This document shows, piece after piece, positions 21,904 through 34,813 of a DNA stretch of 64,000 nt. Position numbers and translations under genes: made by a program. Under the pieces are notes generated by a model that was not told where the DNA came from, searched no databases, and was given only the letters and a program-made list of their open reading frames with translations. Source of the stretch: Hydrolagus colliei (taxonomy: Eukaryota). The stretch spans positions 154,814,001-154,878,000 of the forward strand of contig CM068742.1 in NCBI GenBank assembly GCA_035084275.1, read 5' to 3'. The first letter of the stretch is position 1. Every line of letters begins with the position of its first letter.

Positions 21904-24900
21904 CTGGAGACAGACACAGGTGAGAGTGTGGGCATTATATAGAGCTCCATCTTCACTTGTCCTCAGGCTGGAAACAGATTCAATCTGTGGGAAAAGTGAA
22001 AGGATTCACGATCCTTGTTCAATTAAAATGGAATCACTTATCAGCCAGTCAAACCCCATTTTGTGTACTGCTGAAGCAAAACCAACACTTTGTCTCCACT
22101 AATGGGGTTTTTCTCCCATCCACAGTAGGTTCTGCAGCTTATCCCAAATCTCCATCTGTGGCCCCATCCTTTTCTGACTTATATACTCCCTCATAATGAT
22201 GTCACATGCAGACCCAGGGAGAACCTCCAATGTATGCAGATGACACACAAATCCCATCCCCCAGAGGATCAAATTCAAGATCCTTGTCCTCATTTTCAAG
22301 GCTATTCACGGCCTTGCCCACCCCCCTCCACTATCTCTTTGACCTGCCTGCCATCCTCCTATGAATCTGCCTGCACTCTCCGATCAGAGGGCTCTGGTCT
22401 GCTTCATGTCCCCCGCCTGACCCGTCCTACCAACAGTGGACGGGCTAACAGCCTCTCTGCCCCCACACTCTGGAACTCCATTCCACAGTCCCTTCACCTC
22501 ACTCCCTCCCTCGCCACCTTCAAGGGAGGGAAGGTCTCAAGACACTCCTCTTTGATCATGCCTTCTGCTGCCCTCCCAACTCTCTCCCCTCCTGACTCTC
22601 TTTCGCCCTCCCTTGCTCGCATCCCAACAACAACAATAACAACAACAAAAACTTATAAAGCGCCTTTCACGTCGGGAGGACGTCCCAAGGCGCTGCACAG
22701 GAGGCGTGTGACCCGAGCTGGGAGGGGAGTGTTCGGAAAGGGGTGAAACGCGTAGGGGAGGTCGAAAAATTCAGGGGGGGAACAAAAGGCACGGTCGAAG
22801 AGGAAAGTCTTCAAACCGGCCTTGAAAGAGGAAAGGGAAGAAACAAGGCGATTATAACATGACTGTTCAGCACCTTGGGACGTCCTCCTGACATGAAGGT
22901 GCTCGAGAAATGTAATTTTCTTGTTGCACTTCTCCACCAGTTGCTACTCCAGGTTTGCTAATGGTCCTCACCTTCAAAGCCCTACATGGCCTCATCCCAC
23001 CCTCTATTTGCGACCTCCTAACCCCCTACCAACCTGCCCGCTCCTTCCACTTAGTGAGCTCTGGCCTGCTCCATGTCCGCCAACCCACGCACCCCCACCA
23101 TTGGTGGGTAACCCTTTAGCCACTCTGCCCCTAACTTCTGCAATTCCATCCCATAATCCCTCCTCTCACACCCTCCCTAGCCTCCTTCAAGTCCTGTCTC
23201 AAGTCCTCTTTAACGGTCCCATCAGTCACCCCAAATCCCCTGCATCATCCCCAATCCCAACCTCAGCGTGGGTCTGAAACATTGACTTCTAACCCCTTGG
23301 GCCGTCCTCCCATTGTGAAAGGCGCTATACAAAAGTGGTAATTTTGTTGTTGTTAGCTTGCTTATAATAAAACTTACAATTTGCTAAACCATTTTTCATG
23401 TCTTCTAGATGTCTCAAAGCGCTTCACAAAATATATTGTATATTTGTCTGCGAAACAGCGGCAGCTAATTGCTCACAGCAGTGTCCCACAAACAGTCATG
23501 GATTGAAGACCAATCTTTTTTTCGAGGGATTATTATTATGTGTACGGAGTAAAGAAATTTGCCCAAGGTTTTGCCCTGCCTGGAATCCAATCCGGGTGTC
23601 TTGATTGCATGGTGAGTGCTGTAACCACTGAGCTACAGGGCTCCACAGGCCTGGATGAGCACAAACAACTTTCTGCAGTTGAATATTGACAAGACTCCTT
23701 TGAAGCTACTGTCAATATCTTCTCTGCTGTGGCTCTGACCTACTCAAGATCTCCGGCTAATCCCTCAGACACACCAAACCTGTGCATAACACCTAGGTGT
23801 CAGGCTCGATCTGCAAGTGTGCTTCCTAACCCACATCAATTCACTGACCAGGACAACCTCTTTGCTCCATCTCCACCACATTACCCGGCTCTCACAACAA
23901 CAACTACTTCTTACACATATATAGTGTCCTCCATGCAGTGTAGTGTCTCAGAGCACACCCATCCAATGCAGCCCAAACCCTTATCCATTGTTTTGTTATC
24001 TCCCACCTTGATTATTCCAATGCCCTCCTCATTATTTTCCCCAACTCAGTCTCCACAAATTCCAGTTAATTCAAAATGTCTACAAATTCCTTCACAACCT
24101 AGGTCCTGACCCTACCATATGCATCCTCCACTCAGCTGGCTTTGGCCTCCTCCTTGTCCCTCGTTCCCTTTGCTCCGCCATTGCTGACCATGTTTTCAAC
24201 CACTAAACCCTAAAAGTAAGGAATTCTTTCCCTTAATTCTTCTGCTTTGAGTACCCCATCTCCATCAAATCTGGAGACCTAACCTTTTGACTTTGCTGAT
24301 GGTGATTTCTCCCCCCGGCTGAGTGTCCCCACCATTGCTAAACCCACTTGAATGGTGATATATAAATGCAAGTTTTATTTGAAGGGGTGGAATCCCATGT
24401 TCTAAAGTTGATGACATAGTCACAAAAGTCCACCATGTCACCACCTGTGAGACATGTTGTCTTCATATCTAAATTGGTGCAGAAATGTGGAAATCCTTCA
24501 ATCAGACTTAATTGGGAACTATTTGGGACTTGTGGAAAACATTCTCTAGCTAACATTCTCCCACCCCACTATCGGTGGTCAGACTTTCAGTGTATCTGCC
24601 ACTCTCTGGAACTCCATCATGGATGCCCTTCAGTATTCCCCATCCATTGCCAATTTGAAGCAATCTGGAACTCTATCCCACTTGAAGGGCACTACATAAA
24701 TGCAAGTTGTTGTTCCTGCCCCCTTCAAGATCCATCTCAAAATCTTCCTCTTTAACCGCACTTTCAGGTATCCCCATCTTATCCCCTCTTATCCCCATCA
24801 TGTGGTCCCCACATCCAGCTCACGCACAAACCCTGGAGACCAGTGCATTGGGATGTCCTCCGATATGAAAGTTGCTGTGTGAATGTCAATTTGTATGGCA

Positions 24901-24934
24901 AAAAAGGTGCGAGACTTAAGACTTAATGACAAAC

Positions 24935-25315
24935 CTCCCATTTTACAAACGAGAATAATCCCCGTGACCAACATTAGGAAAAATTTAGCTGCAGGTATCA
25001 GACACAGCATTGCGATGATGAAACTGCCATCACGCTGTTGTCCAGGAGCGAGGATGTCTCGGGTGTCACTTCCCTGTGTGTTCTCAGCTACACAGCGGTA
25101 AGTTCCCCTCAGCTTCAGGCCCCAGATCTTTCCCACGGTTAGATGCGTGTCTGGTACGTGTGTGACTGGTGTGTGGCTGGTGTTGACGGGCAGCGTGTTA
25201 TTCTGGGGGTCGATCCATGTGATGGTGGCTGGTGGTTCCCCCTCAGCCGTGCACACGATGCCACCTCCGGCTCCATCACCGGCCACGAGGGACAGAGTCA
25301 GGATGACAGCCGGAG
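24935..25315 (-). CDS. SIGLEC15-like: SIGLEC15-like copy A, C2-set Ig + transmembrane exon (381 nt)
   Basis: Acceptor ccaaag|CTCCG, donor GGAG|gtttgt. CTAEGEPPATITW and YRCVAENTQGS match Siglec-15 C2 (CTAEGEPPPALAW, YTCTAANSLGRS). TM IIAMLCLIPAAKFFLMLVTGIILVC contains Lys. Confidence 0.85.
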
Positions 25316-25668
25316 CTTTGGGTATAAAGAAACACAGTTAATCTCGCTCAGTAGACTCCTCACAAAATGGGATCTGGATTAAGAAAGCTCTTTGGCCAAT
25401 CTGATTGTATTCCTCCAGTGTTGGCAAAAGAGTCAGAGGATAGAGGAGGACAATTGCTTTTACACAACAAGTGTTTTTTTCAGTCTGGAATGGAAAGAGG
25501 TGCCTAGAATGATATGGCATTAGCCAATTCATCCCAATGAGAACCTCATATATTACTCTCTAGTCTCTGGTAACATGGTTATATGTGTAACCATGTCACA
25601 CGTTATATTCCACTGCATCGCATCCAAACCTATCGGAATCTTGACACAGTAACAGAGGTTTCACTTAC

Positions 25669-26190
25669 CAACGACTCGCAGCCACAGCAGATTCTGTGTC
25701 ACATGTTCCTGTGTAGTGTGTCCACGAGTCACAGGTCCCAGCATCGCATGTTCCGGTGTAATTTGTCCACCAGTCACATGTGCCTGTGGCACATGTTCCT
25801 GTGTCGTGTGTCTACGAGTCACATGTCCCAGCATCACATGTTCCTGTGTAGTGTGTCCACGATTCGCATGTCCTTGCGTCACATTTTCCCACAGTGTGAA
25901 CGTGATGTGCACATGACAGAAATACTGGTCAGTGTCATTTAATTCCAAGTCCCTGATCCTCAAGGAACCATCTCCATCCCGCACATTCCCAACCAGCAGA
26001 TAGCGATTTTCATTGTTCAATGGCTCTGACTTCCCAGAGTTGTCAAAGGTTTCATTAATAATGGGACGGCTTTGTGGACTCCTTCGCCTCCAAATGACAT
26101 TGACGTTACTTGGGTGTGTGCCTGGCACGGTGAAGGAGCAGGGCAGTGTGGCATCACCTCCCTTTGTACCAGTGATTGACAGGAGCTTCC
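25669..26190 (-). CDS. SIGLEC15-like: SIGLEC15-like copy A, second V-set exon with repeat insertion (522 nt)
   Basis: Acceptor tcatgaag|GGAAG, donor TTG|gtaagt. Has ATLPCSF, VIWRR, RYLLVGN, GSLRIRDL, DTDQYFC and G strand LWLRVV; frame fully open. Confidence 0.82.
25691..25870 (-). repeat. Coding minisatellite, 4 x 45 nt (15-nt subunits)
   Basis: Encodes HANRGHTTQEHVMLG / HVTRRHTTQEHVPQA / HVTGGQITPEHAMLG / PVTRGHTTQEHVTQN. Confidence 0.9.
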
Positions 26191-26229
26191 CTTCATGAGA
26201 GAGGAATATAATTATCAGAATGACCTTCA

Positions 26230-27600
26230 GTGAAAGCCATTGGGTAAAGGAGCAGGTTAGCAATCAGGGGTTTACTGGCCCATCGGCAACTTCCCTTTCC
26301 TATCTAATATCCTTGAAACAGCCATTGCCTACCAGCTTTGCTCTTTCCTCTCATCCGACTCCTTCCATGAGCCCCTCCAATTGGGCTTCCGTGCTGCCCA
26401 CAGCAAAGAAATTGCTCTAATTGAGATTACAAATGATATCCTGACCATTTGTGACCAGGGCTTCCTCTGCCTACTCATCCTCCTTGAATATCCACTGCAT
26501 TTGACACAGTGGACCATTCAATCATCCTCCACTGCCTCTCCTCCCATCTCAACCTTCAAGGTTCTGTCCTTGACTGATTCAGGTCGTACAATTCACACTG
26601 TCTCCACTTTGTTTCTTTTGCACCATTCCTCAGGGCTCTGATCTTGGTCCACTCCTCTTCACCCTCTACTTGCTCCCCCTCAATGACATCATCCTCAGCC
26701 ACAGGGTAAATTTCCACATGTATGTGGATGACACCCAACTCTATTTCTCTCCTTCAACCCTCAACCCCAGGATTACCAGAGGCCTGATTGCCTGCCTGTC
26801 CAACATTGAGTCCAGGATGAGCATCAACTTTCTTCAGCTGAATGTCAGCAAGACTGAGGCCCTCCTGATTGGCTCACGTTAGTGCCTCCGCACCTCAGGC
26901 ACTGGGAGCATCAACATCCATGCCTGCATTCCATCTCATGAAGCCAGTCAGGAACCTAGGCATCTTGTTGTCCCTGAACTGTCCTTTCTCCATCACATCC
27001 ACCCCATGACCAGCACTCACTTCCACCACATCCATAACATTGCTAGAGTCCTCCACTACTTCACCTCTCAGGTTGCCAAAACCCTCACCAATGCATTTGT
27101 AACATCAAGGCTTCACTAAGGAATCTCCTTCCTTGTCGGACTGACCAGCCATTCATCCAAAACTCTGCAGCTCGTGTCTTCTCCCACACCAGGCTCTGTG
27201 ACTGCATCACTCCCATCCTCACCCAGCTCCATTGACTCCCATCCCCAAGAGGATCAAATTCATGATCCTCATCCTCACATTCAATGCCATCCCCCTTCCT
27301 ATCTCTCTGAAACCCTACCAACCTGCCCGCCTCCTCTGTTCAGCGGGTTCCAGTCTGCTCCATTTCTCCCAGCCTACTATCGGTGGCCAGGCTTTCAGCC
27401 TCTCTGTCCCCACACCCCGGAATTCCATCCCACAGTCCCTTCACTTCCTTTCCTCCCTTGCCTTCTTCAAGCTCGGTCTCATGACCCTCGTTTTCGATCG
27501 TGCCTTCTGCTTCCCTCCCACCTGCCATTCCCCCTAACCTGTCCCTACCCTAGGCTCAGGTCCTGACCCCTGATTGTTCAGTGCCTTGAGACATTTGGTA
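26230..27600 (+). mobile_element. L2 LINE, degraded RT and 3' region
   Basis: [30 protein letters not shown] and [11 protein letters not shown] motifs in broken frames. Confidence 0.88.
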
Positions 27601-27877
27601 TCAGGCTTTTCACGTCTTCTAGACACGTCAAAGCGCTTCACAGAATATACTGTAAAGTGAAATGACTGTATATATGTGGATAAAATAAAGCAGCCCATTG
27701 GCTGGCTTTTTTTTAGGGAATATTATGAGGCATGTGGAGTAAAGAAACTTGCCCAAGGTTTCAGCCTGCCTCGAAAAGAACCCCAATCTCTCGCTTGTAA
27801 GGCAAGTGCTCTAACCACTGACCTACAGGGCTCTAGGTGATGACCCCAGGTGGGACCCGCTGCCCCTGATTACTCAC

Positions 27878-28282
27878 CCAACACCAGGAGAGTGGTTTCA
27901 GTCAAGCTCACGAGCACCTCGGGACCGTGCCCAGTGAGTGCCACCCAGCACTGGTACCTGTGTTGACTGTCAGGCATAGCGAGCTTCTCCACCGCTAGTG
28001 AGGCGTTCATCTCCCTCGGGTTCCCTGCCAGCCAGTATCGCCTGCCTATGTTCTGATGGATTAAGTTCTCAGACATGTTGGAAGGAGAATTCGTCGGCAG
28101 ATAGTTTGTGCAGTTGAATACTACAGCTCGGTTGCCCTTTCTCTTTGTTGTCCACACGACCGAGATGTTGCCTTTGTATCCGGGGTCAGGGAGGGAGAAG
28201 CTGCAGAGCAGAATGGCGGAGTCCCCTTCCTGGCCAGTCACCATGCCTGGGGCAGCCATCACCCAGCCGTCAACACCGACAT
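27878..28282 (-). CDS. SIGLEC15-like: SIGLEC15-like copy A, first V-set exon (405 nt)
   Basis: Acceptor ggctggcag|ATGTC, donor TTGG|gtgagt. Has AILLCSF, ISVVW, RYWLAGNPREMNASL and RYQCWV; phase 1-1. Confidence 0.85.
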
Positions 28283-28669
28283 CTGCCAGCCAACAAGAGG
28301 GCAGAGGGTAACCAGAGCACTCAATCATTCAAATCAATATCATAGGAACAGGTGAATGGCATAAAGTGATTTGAACCTGTTCTGCTATGCCTTTGTATTA
28401 CGATTGATCTGTACCTCAACTCCAATTATCCGCCCTTGATACGCTAACCTACATCAACAGCCTAGCCCGCCCAACCATTGGTGTGTGGGTCTGCATACTT
28501 GAGTTTAGAAGGTTGAGCGGTGATCTAATTGAGGTTTTTATTATCTTGAGTTTAGACCCTCCTGGGAGAGAGTAGAATGCTCATTCCACTCCAGGAAACA
28601 GAAATTTCATTGTACAGTATATGGATTGGAGATGCTTAAGCACAGTGATGGAATTCCTCTTACATCAAC

Positions 28670-29120
28670 ACCAGGGTTCCTGGAATGAGGGGGTTGACCT
28701 ATGAGGATAGGTTGAGTAAACTAGGTCTGTATTCACTAGAATGTAGAAGAAACCTATAAGATGCTTAAGAGGCTTGACAGAGTAGACAGTATGAGACTGT
28801 TTCCCCTGGTTGGAGAATCTAAAACTAGGGGTTATAGTCTCAAAATTAAGGGTCAAACTTTTCAAACAGGGTTGAGGAAACATTTCTTTACTCAGAGGAT
28901 AGTGAATTTACGAAATTTGCTACCCCAGAAGGATGTGGATGCTCAGTCCTTGAACATGTTCAAGACTGAGATTGAAAGATTTCTAAAGGCTAGGGGTATT
29001 AAGGGATATAGGGATAGGGCAGGTAAATGGAATCAGTAGATCAGCCATGGTCTTATTGAATGGTGGGGAAGGCTTGAAGGACAGAATGATCTACTCCTGC
29101 TCCTATTTCTTATGTTCTTA
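28670..29120 (+). mobile_element. CR1 3' fragment
   Basis: ORF 28761..29039 is the CR1 C-terminus; ttcttatgttctta tail. Confidence 0.88.
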
Positions 29121-30520
29121 CCAGGCTGACCACAAACTAAGTGTTTGTGCTGCTGCTAGCTTTTACTGGAGCTCTCAATTCTAATCTAGTTTCTGGTGTT
29201 CAAATTATGCTATTTTTAAAGCACAGAAACAGCATGTTCAGTCCAAATTGGTGTTTTTCTCTACAAGAGCTACCAGAATAAAGGCACAGCTTAAGAGATC
29301 CTTTATCTGGGCTATTGATGGTGGGGTGGGTGGGACAGGAGACATGAAGCAGGCTGGAGCCCACTGAGCGGAGGGTGCAAACCGGTTGCTAGAGGCTTGG
29401 AGGTCACAGAGGTAGGATGGGGCAATGCTATGGAAGGTTTTAATGATAAGGCCCATAATCTTGAATTGAATCCTCTGAATAATGGGGAGCCAATGGAGTC
29501 AGGCAAGAATGAGCAGAAGGGTTCGTGGCTCTTGGGTTCATTGGATATCGGCTTGAGATGACTAACCAATTATTCTGAGGGCATTGTTGGTCAGGATAGA
29601 AGGAGGAATATCTACACAGCTCAGCCTCAACAACAATAACAAAATTACATTTATAGGGCGCCTTTCACATCCCAAGGCGCTGAACAATCAGGTCAGGATC
29701 TGAGCATGGGGAGAAGGGTCGAGGTAGGGGGAAGAGAAAGGAGGGGAGCAGAAGGTGCATTTGAAGAGGAGGGTCTTGAGACCAGCCTTGAAGGAGGAAA
29801 GAGAGGAAGTGAGGTGAAGTTCCACACTACGAGTTCCACAATGTGGGAGCAGAGAAACTGAAAGCCCGGCCACCGATGGTGGGGCAGTTAGGGCGGTGGA
29901 CGCGGAGCATGCCAGAGCCTGCTGAACGGAGGGGACTTAACACTGCGCTGGGATGTCAGCCTGGGCCGTTAGCTCAAATACTTCAATCTGTGGCTGGAAC
30001 CAACAACTTTCTGACCCAAAGTTGACAGACAGACTGACATTTGAGTGTCATTTGAATGTCAGTGTGGACTTTGAACAACTCAAAAATGCATCGCCTTCAT
30101 TGGATTCTTTCGGGTTTTCATTGGGTGCAGATCTAGGCGACTCCCTTTCAAATAAAATATCAAACCTACATTACCTTTTTCATTGGCATTTCAAATGAAG
30201 TCTTACAGTTTTTTTTAACTCTTTAGCTATTTCCTGAACTTACATTGTATCATTTCACCCACAAAATATAGACAATTCGCTTTACAGTATTTTCTGTGAA
30301 GTGCTTTGTAATGTGTGGAAGATGATTTAAGGCAGTATATGAAATGCAAGGATTATTATCATTTCCTCCTGAGACAGTTGGCTTGTCAACCAGCACTTAA
30401 TATATGTGTTAAGGAGAACTTCACTGAAGGGGAAATTGTTGGCCATGACACCAAGAGAAACTCCCTTCTCTTTTCTTGTGGTGTGATTGCTAACATCCTC
30501 CCAAACAAATAGACTGGACC

Positions 30521-30630
30521 CAAAACAGAAATCACTGGGAACACTCAACAGGTCAGGCAGCATCTATGGAGAAATGAGAGTGAGTCAACGTTTCAGGTCC
30601 ATGACTCTTCGTTATGACCCTTTGTCAGAA
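30521..30630 (-). mobile_element. Penelope-like terminal-repeat relic
   Basis: Reverse complement reads ctgacaaagggtcat..gacctgaaacgttgactc..gatgctgcctgacctg, as recalled for chondrichthyan PLE repeats. Confidence 0.6.
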
Positions 30631-31109
30631 CAGGAAACAAATAGACGTTGTCAAAAAATAGATTGGATCTTGGGTGAATATTCAATCTACCGGGCAATGC
30701 AGACCTCTCCCCCTTTCTAAACTGGAGCATTAGCCGAGACTGTGACTTGACCCCGAGGCACTATCTGACGCACACAAAAACCCAACACTGTTTAAGCATT
30801 TTTAACCCATGCAGCATTCCATATATGTAAGTCATCCTATTTATCTAATTACAGATAATATTGGGCACAGTTTGGAGAGAGCCAAAGCTTGGGAACCCCA
30901 GAGTGTGCGGTAGGCTAACTGCTGGAGTCAAATCAACTAAAAGCTCATAGCTCGCCATTTATAACACCGTCTGGCAAGCTTTCCTGCTGTATGTCCAGCT
31001 AGGACCACCGTAATCTTTAGGGCTTTGGCTTGCAGGGTTTGGCTTGCACCTTACTCAACTCCTATTAGGCTTTGTCCTCGGTCCCCTCTTCAACCTGCAC
31101 ATGCTCCGT

Positions 31110-32010
31110 CTTGGTGACATCATTTGGTCAACTTCCACATGTACGCAGATGACACACAACTTTGCCTCTCCTCCTCCACCCTCAACCCCATGACCACTTT
31201 CAGCCATCAAACCCTGGATGAGAACCAACTTCCTACAGTTGAACAACAACAAGACTGAAGTCGTCCTGATAGGCTCACAACTGCGCCTCCGCACCTCAGG
31301 CACTGGCAGCATCAGCAAGAGCCAAAACCCATTAACTTCCAACGATGACACACCACTGCACCAAGCCAGTCGGGAGCTTAGGTGCCTTGTTCAACCTGCA
31401 ACTGTCCTTTCTCTCCCACATCCATGCCTTTCCCCACGTCCGCCACATTGCCCAACTCTGCCACTGCCTCATTCCTTAGAATGCCAAAACCCTCATACAC
31501 GCCTTCATTATATTGAGGTTCAACTATTCCCATGCTTTGCTTGTTGGCTTTCCCAACTCATCCCTCAACAAGCTGCAGATCACCCAGAACATTGCAACCT
31601 GAAGTCATCGCACACACCATGCTCTGGGTCCTATCATACGCACTGTGGCCTGGTCCTATCATATTCACTGCCTCTCCATTCCTCAGCGGATTGAGTTCAA
31701 AATTCTCATTCTATCATCAAGGCCCTCCATGGCTTTGTCCCCTCCTACATGCTAACACCTTATCACCTCATCATTCAGCACCCAACACCATTGGCAGTCA
31801 GGCCTTCAGCCTTTCTGCCCCCACCCTCTGTAACTCCCCACATTACCTTCGCCTCACACTCCTCAAAATCCTCCTTTTCTTCCTATCCTCACCGGCCCCA
31901 CTCTCCACCCTCCCTGATCCCAACTCCCTACTCTCCCAGCTCAGGTCCTAATTCCATGACAGTTCAGCACCTTGGAGCGCCCCCCAATATGAAAGGCACT
32001 TTACAAATCT
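31110..32010 (+). mobile_element. L2 LINE fragment
   Basis: YADDTQL and NFLQLNNNKTE motifs, with an L2 3' end. Confidence 0.85.
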
Positions 32011-32279
32011 AACTTTGTTATGTATTATTCAAATACACAGTCGCCACACATGATAGTAATAACTGTGAATTTCTGTAATTCCTGTAATTACTGTGACTGT
32101 AATAACCGTGAAGCAGTTTGAGAGATAGGTCAGTGTAAAATCCAAGTCCTTTGTTTTCCATTGAGACAATAGGTCTTTCTTTATACTCGAGAAAACTTCA
32201 AAAAACTTTTCTGGCTCCGAGTTCAGAAAGTCGTGGTGTTCAAGCCCAATGTCAGGACTAGGCTGACTGATACTCAAGT

Positions 32280-32700
32280 AAAGTCGATCCAGAGAGGATC
32301 GACTTCAAGATCCTCACCCTTGTTTTCAAATCCCTCCACTCCTCTGCACCCCCCTATCTCTCTGATCTCCTCTCCCCACCAACCCAGCACCTGTTGCCTT
32401 CACTCCTCTGGGTCTGGCCTCCTCCATGTCCCCCGAGTCCTCCGCTCCACCCTCAGCAACCGTGCTTTCAGCCACTGCGCCCCGAGGCTCTGGAATTCCC
32501 TCCCTCACTCCCTTCTCCTCGCCCCCTCTCTTCCCAGTTTCAGGTCACATCTGAAGACCTTTCTCTTCGACCGGGCTTTTGGTCGCCTTTCTGCCTCTGC
32601 CCCTGGCTCGTCCCAGGATCCGCTACTGTAAAGATCTCTGAGATGCCGTCTGGCATGGAGGGCACTATATACATCAAAGTTGTTGTTGTTGTTGTTGTAT
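32280..32700 (+). mobile_element. L2 3' fragment with (TTG)n tail
   Basis: RLWNSLP..HLKTFLFDRAF; close match to 16850-17250. Confidence 0.88.
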
Positions 32701-33025
32701 AGCGCTGCATTACCAGACATAAGATATTAAACCAGGGTCCCGTCTACCTGTCCAAGTGGAAGATAAAGATCCTGTGGCACAAATTTATACACAAAAGGTT
32801 GTTTCTCATGGTGTCCTCGCCAACAAACCCCTCAAAAACAGTCATTTATTTCATAGCTGTTTGAGAGCAAATGAGCAAATATTGCCGCGTTCCTCCACAA
32901 AATATACAGTTACTACACTTTACAGTAAAATTCGGAAACGTATTTTGAAATATCTCGACCACGGGAATAAGGTGTTATGTGATACACAAGGAAAATTACA
33001 CAGTGAAGTAAAGTAAACTACATAC

Positions 33026-33077
33026 GTGCGACTCGGGCGGGCGCTAAAAGTGTAGACAGTACAATCCACAGGATCAT
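33026..33077 (-). CDS. SIGLEC15-like: SIGLEC15-like copy A, signal-peptide exon (MILWIVLSTLLAPARVA, 52 nt)
   Basis: ATG at 33077, hydrophobic leader, same length and C|gtatgtagtt donor as copy C; joins V1 in frame. Confidence 0.75.
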
Positions 33078-34813
33078 CCTCTACGGTTCAGGTGGAATTT
33101 TAGACTGATTAATTCTGTTCTGTGGGTTTTCTCAATTCCTGTGAGTACTTTGTTAGAGAGGTGGATTCAAGCCCCACCTCCTCTCACTTAACCGTTCAAC
33201 TGCCAGATATACGTGTACTGTACATCTTACTTTGTTAAGAGTGCCTGCCACATCAAAACGCCTCAGAGCTTCACATTTCGCTGCTGTCAAGTGTAGTCAG
33301 ACCAACTAAACGTGGACCTGCTGTACACCGAATGAGATGTAATAAATAATAATAATAATCTTTGAATTTGAAATAGCGCAATTCACATCTTCTAGACGTC
33401 TCAAAGCGCTTCACAGAATGTACTGTAAAGTAAATTTACTCTATATTTGTGGGCAAAACGCGGTAGCCAATTGTGCACAGCAGTGTCTCACAAACAGTCA
33501 CAGATTGAAAATGACCAATTTATTATAGGGTTTTTTTATGGATTATTATTAAGTGTACGGAGTAAGGAAGCTTTCCCAAAGTTTGTACGCTTGTAAGGCG
33601 AGTGCTCTAACCACTGAGCTAACTATAACCAGGTTCCATGGCACTATTAGTCAAGAAGCGAGTTTGGTATCCTTAATAATAATCCCCATGTTGCCTGCTC
33701 CAATATCGGTGGTCAGGCATACAGCCTTTCTGCCTCACTCTCTAGAACACTATCCTAGAGCCTCTCTTCCACACTCTCTCCCTTGCCTCCTTCAAGGCCC
33801 ATCTTGTGATCGCGTCTTTGGCCATCTTCCGTCCTCCACCCTTCCTGCCTTCACCTCTCTCTGAAATCCCAAACCCCAGCTTGTGTGCAAACCCTTCACT
33901 ATCTACCGCCTTGGGATGTCCTCACGATGTGTAAATCCAACTGTAATTCGGAGTTGTTGTAAGGATTATTATCTTTAATGGCTGACAGGACCTGGAGTTA
34001 ACATCTCATATGAGAGATGGCACCTCCACCAATGCAGTGCTCCCTTCCTTTACTGCACATGATCAGTAACAAAATGACACTTCTATACTGCATTTCACGT
34101 CAGGAGGACATCCCAAGGTGCTGACAGGTTACTGCTTCAGACCCGAGCTAAGGACGGGGGTGCCGTGGGGTGGAGGAGTCGACGATGGGACCATCGAAGA
34201 GGAGTGGTTGTCTCAGTCTCTGCCTGGATTGTAAATTAAAGTCCCTTTAATTTAGAGGCAAGAACCCTGTGACCACAGCCAGGCATGACACATGACAACC
34301 TCCCTGAATTTACAGGAAATGCTTTTGCTTATCTGTGACGCAAAGACTGCCATTTGCATTGTAAAAAAAAATCAGTGATTTACTCAGTCATTCACTTAAT
34401 CAGTTACAATAAAAGCACACTGAAATACAGTACTGTACTTCATATCTGGAGCAGATTGTAAGTTCACAATCTAATTCCCATGATTAAAGGACTATTTACC
34501 CGTGCTTTCAAACAGTTTTTTTTACAACTTTAACAATGTACATAATGAGATACAGATCTGATGACCCCCTACATGGAGTCCTGCAGCTCAGTGGTTAGAG
34601 CGCTCGCCTTACAAGCATGAGACCTGTGTTCAAATCCAGGCAGAGCAGGGCGATAGCTTGAGCAAGTTTCCTTACTCCATATTTCTAATAATAATCCCTC
34701 AAAAACAAATTTGGTCACTCAACCCACGACTGTTTGTGGGACACTGCTGTGTGCAATTGGCTGCCAGGTTTCGCCCACGGTATATTCTGTGAAATGCTTT
34801 GAGAAAAGCTCTA

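Noticed and set aside
25691-25870. CRISPR-like array (also considered for 40690-40850 and 10976-11137)
   Set aside because: Eukaryotic DNA; repeats are head-to-tail with no unique spacers
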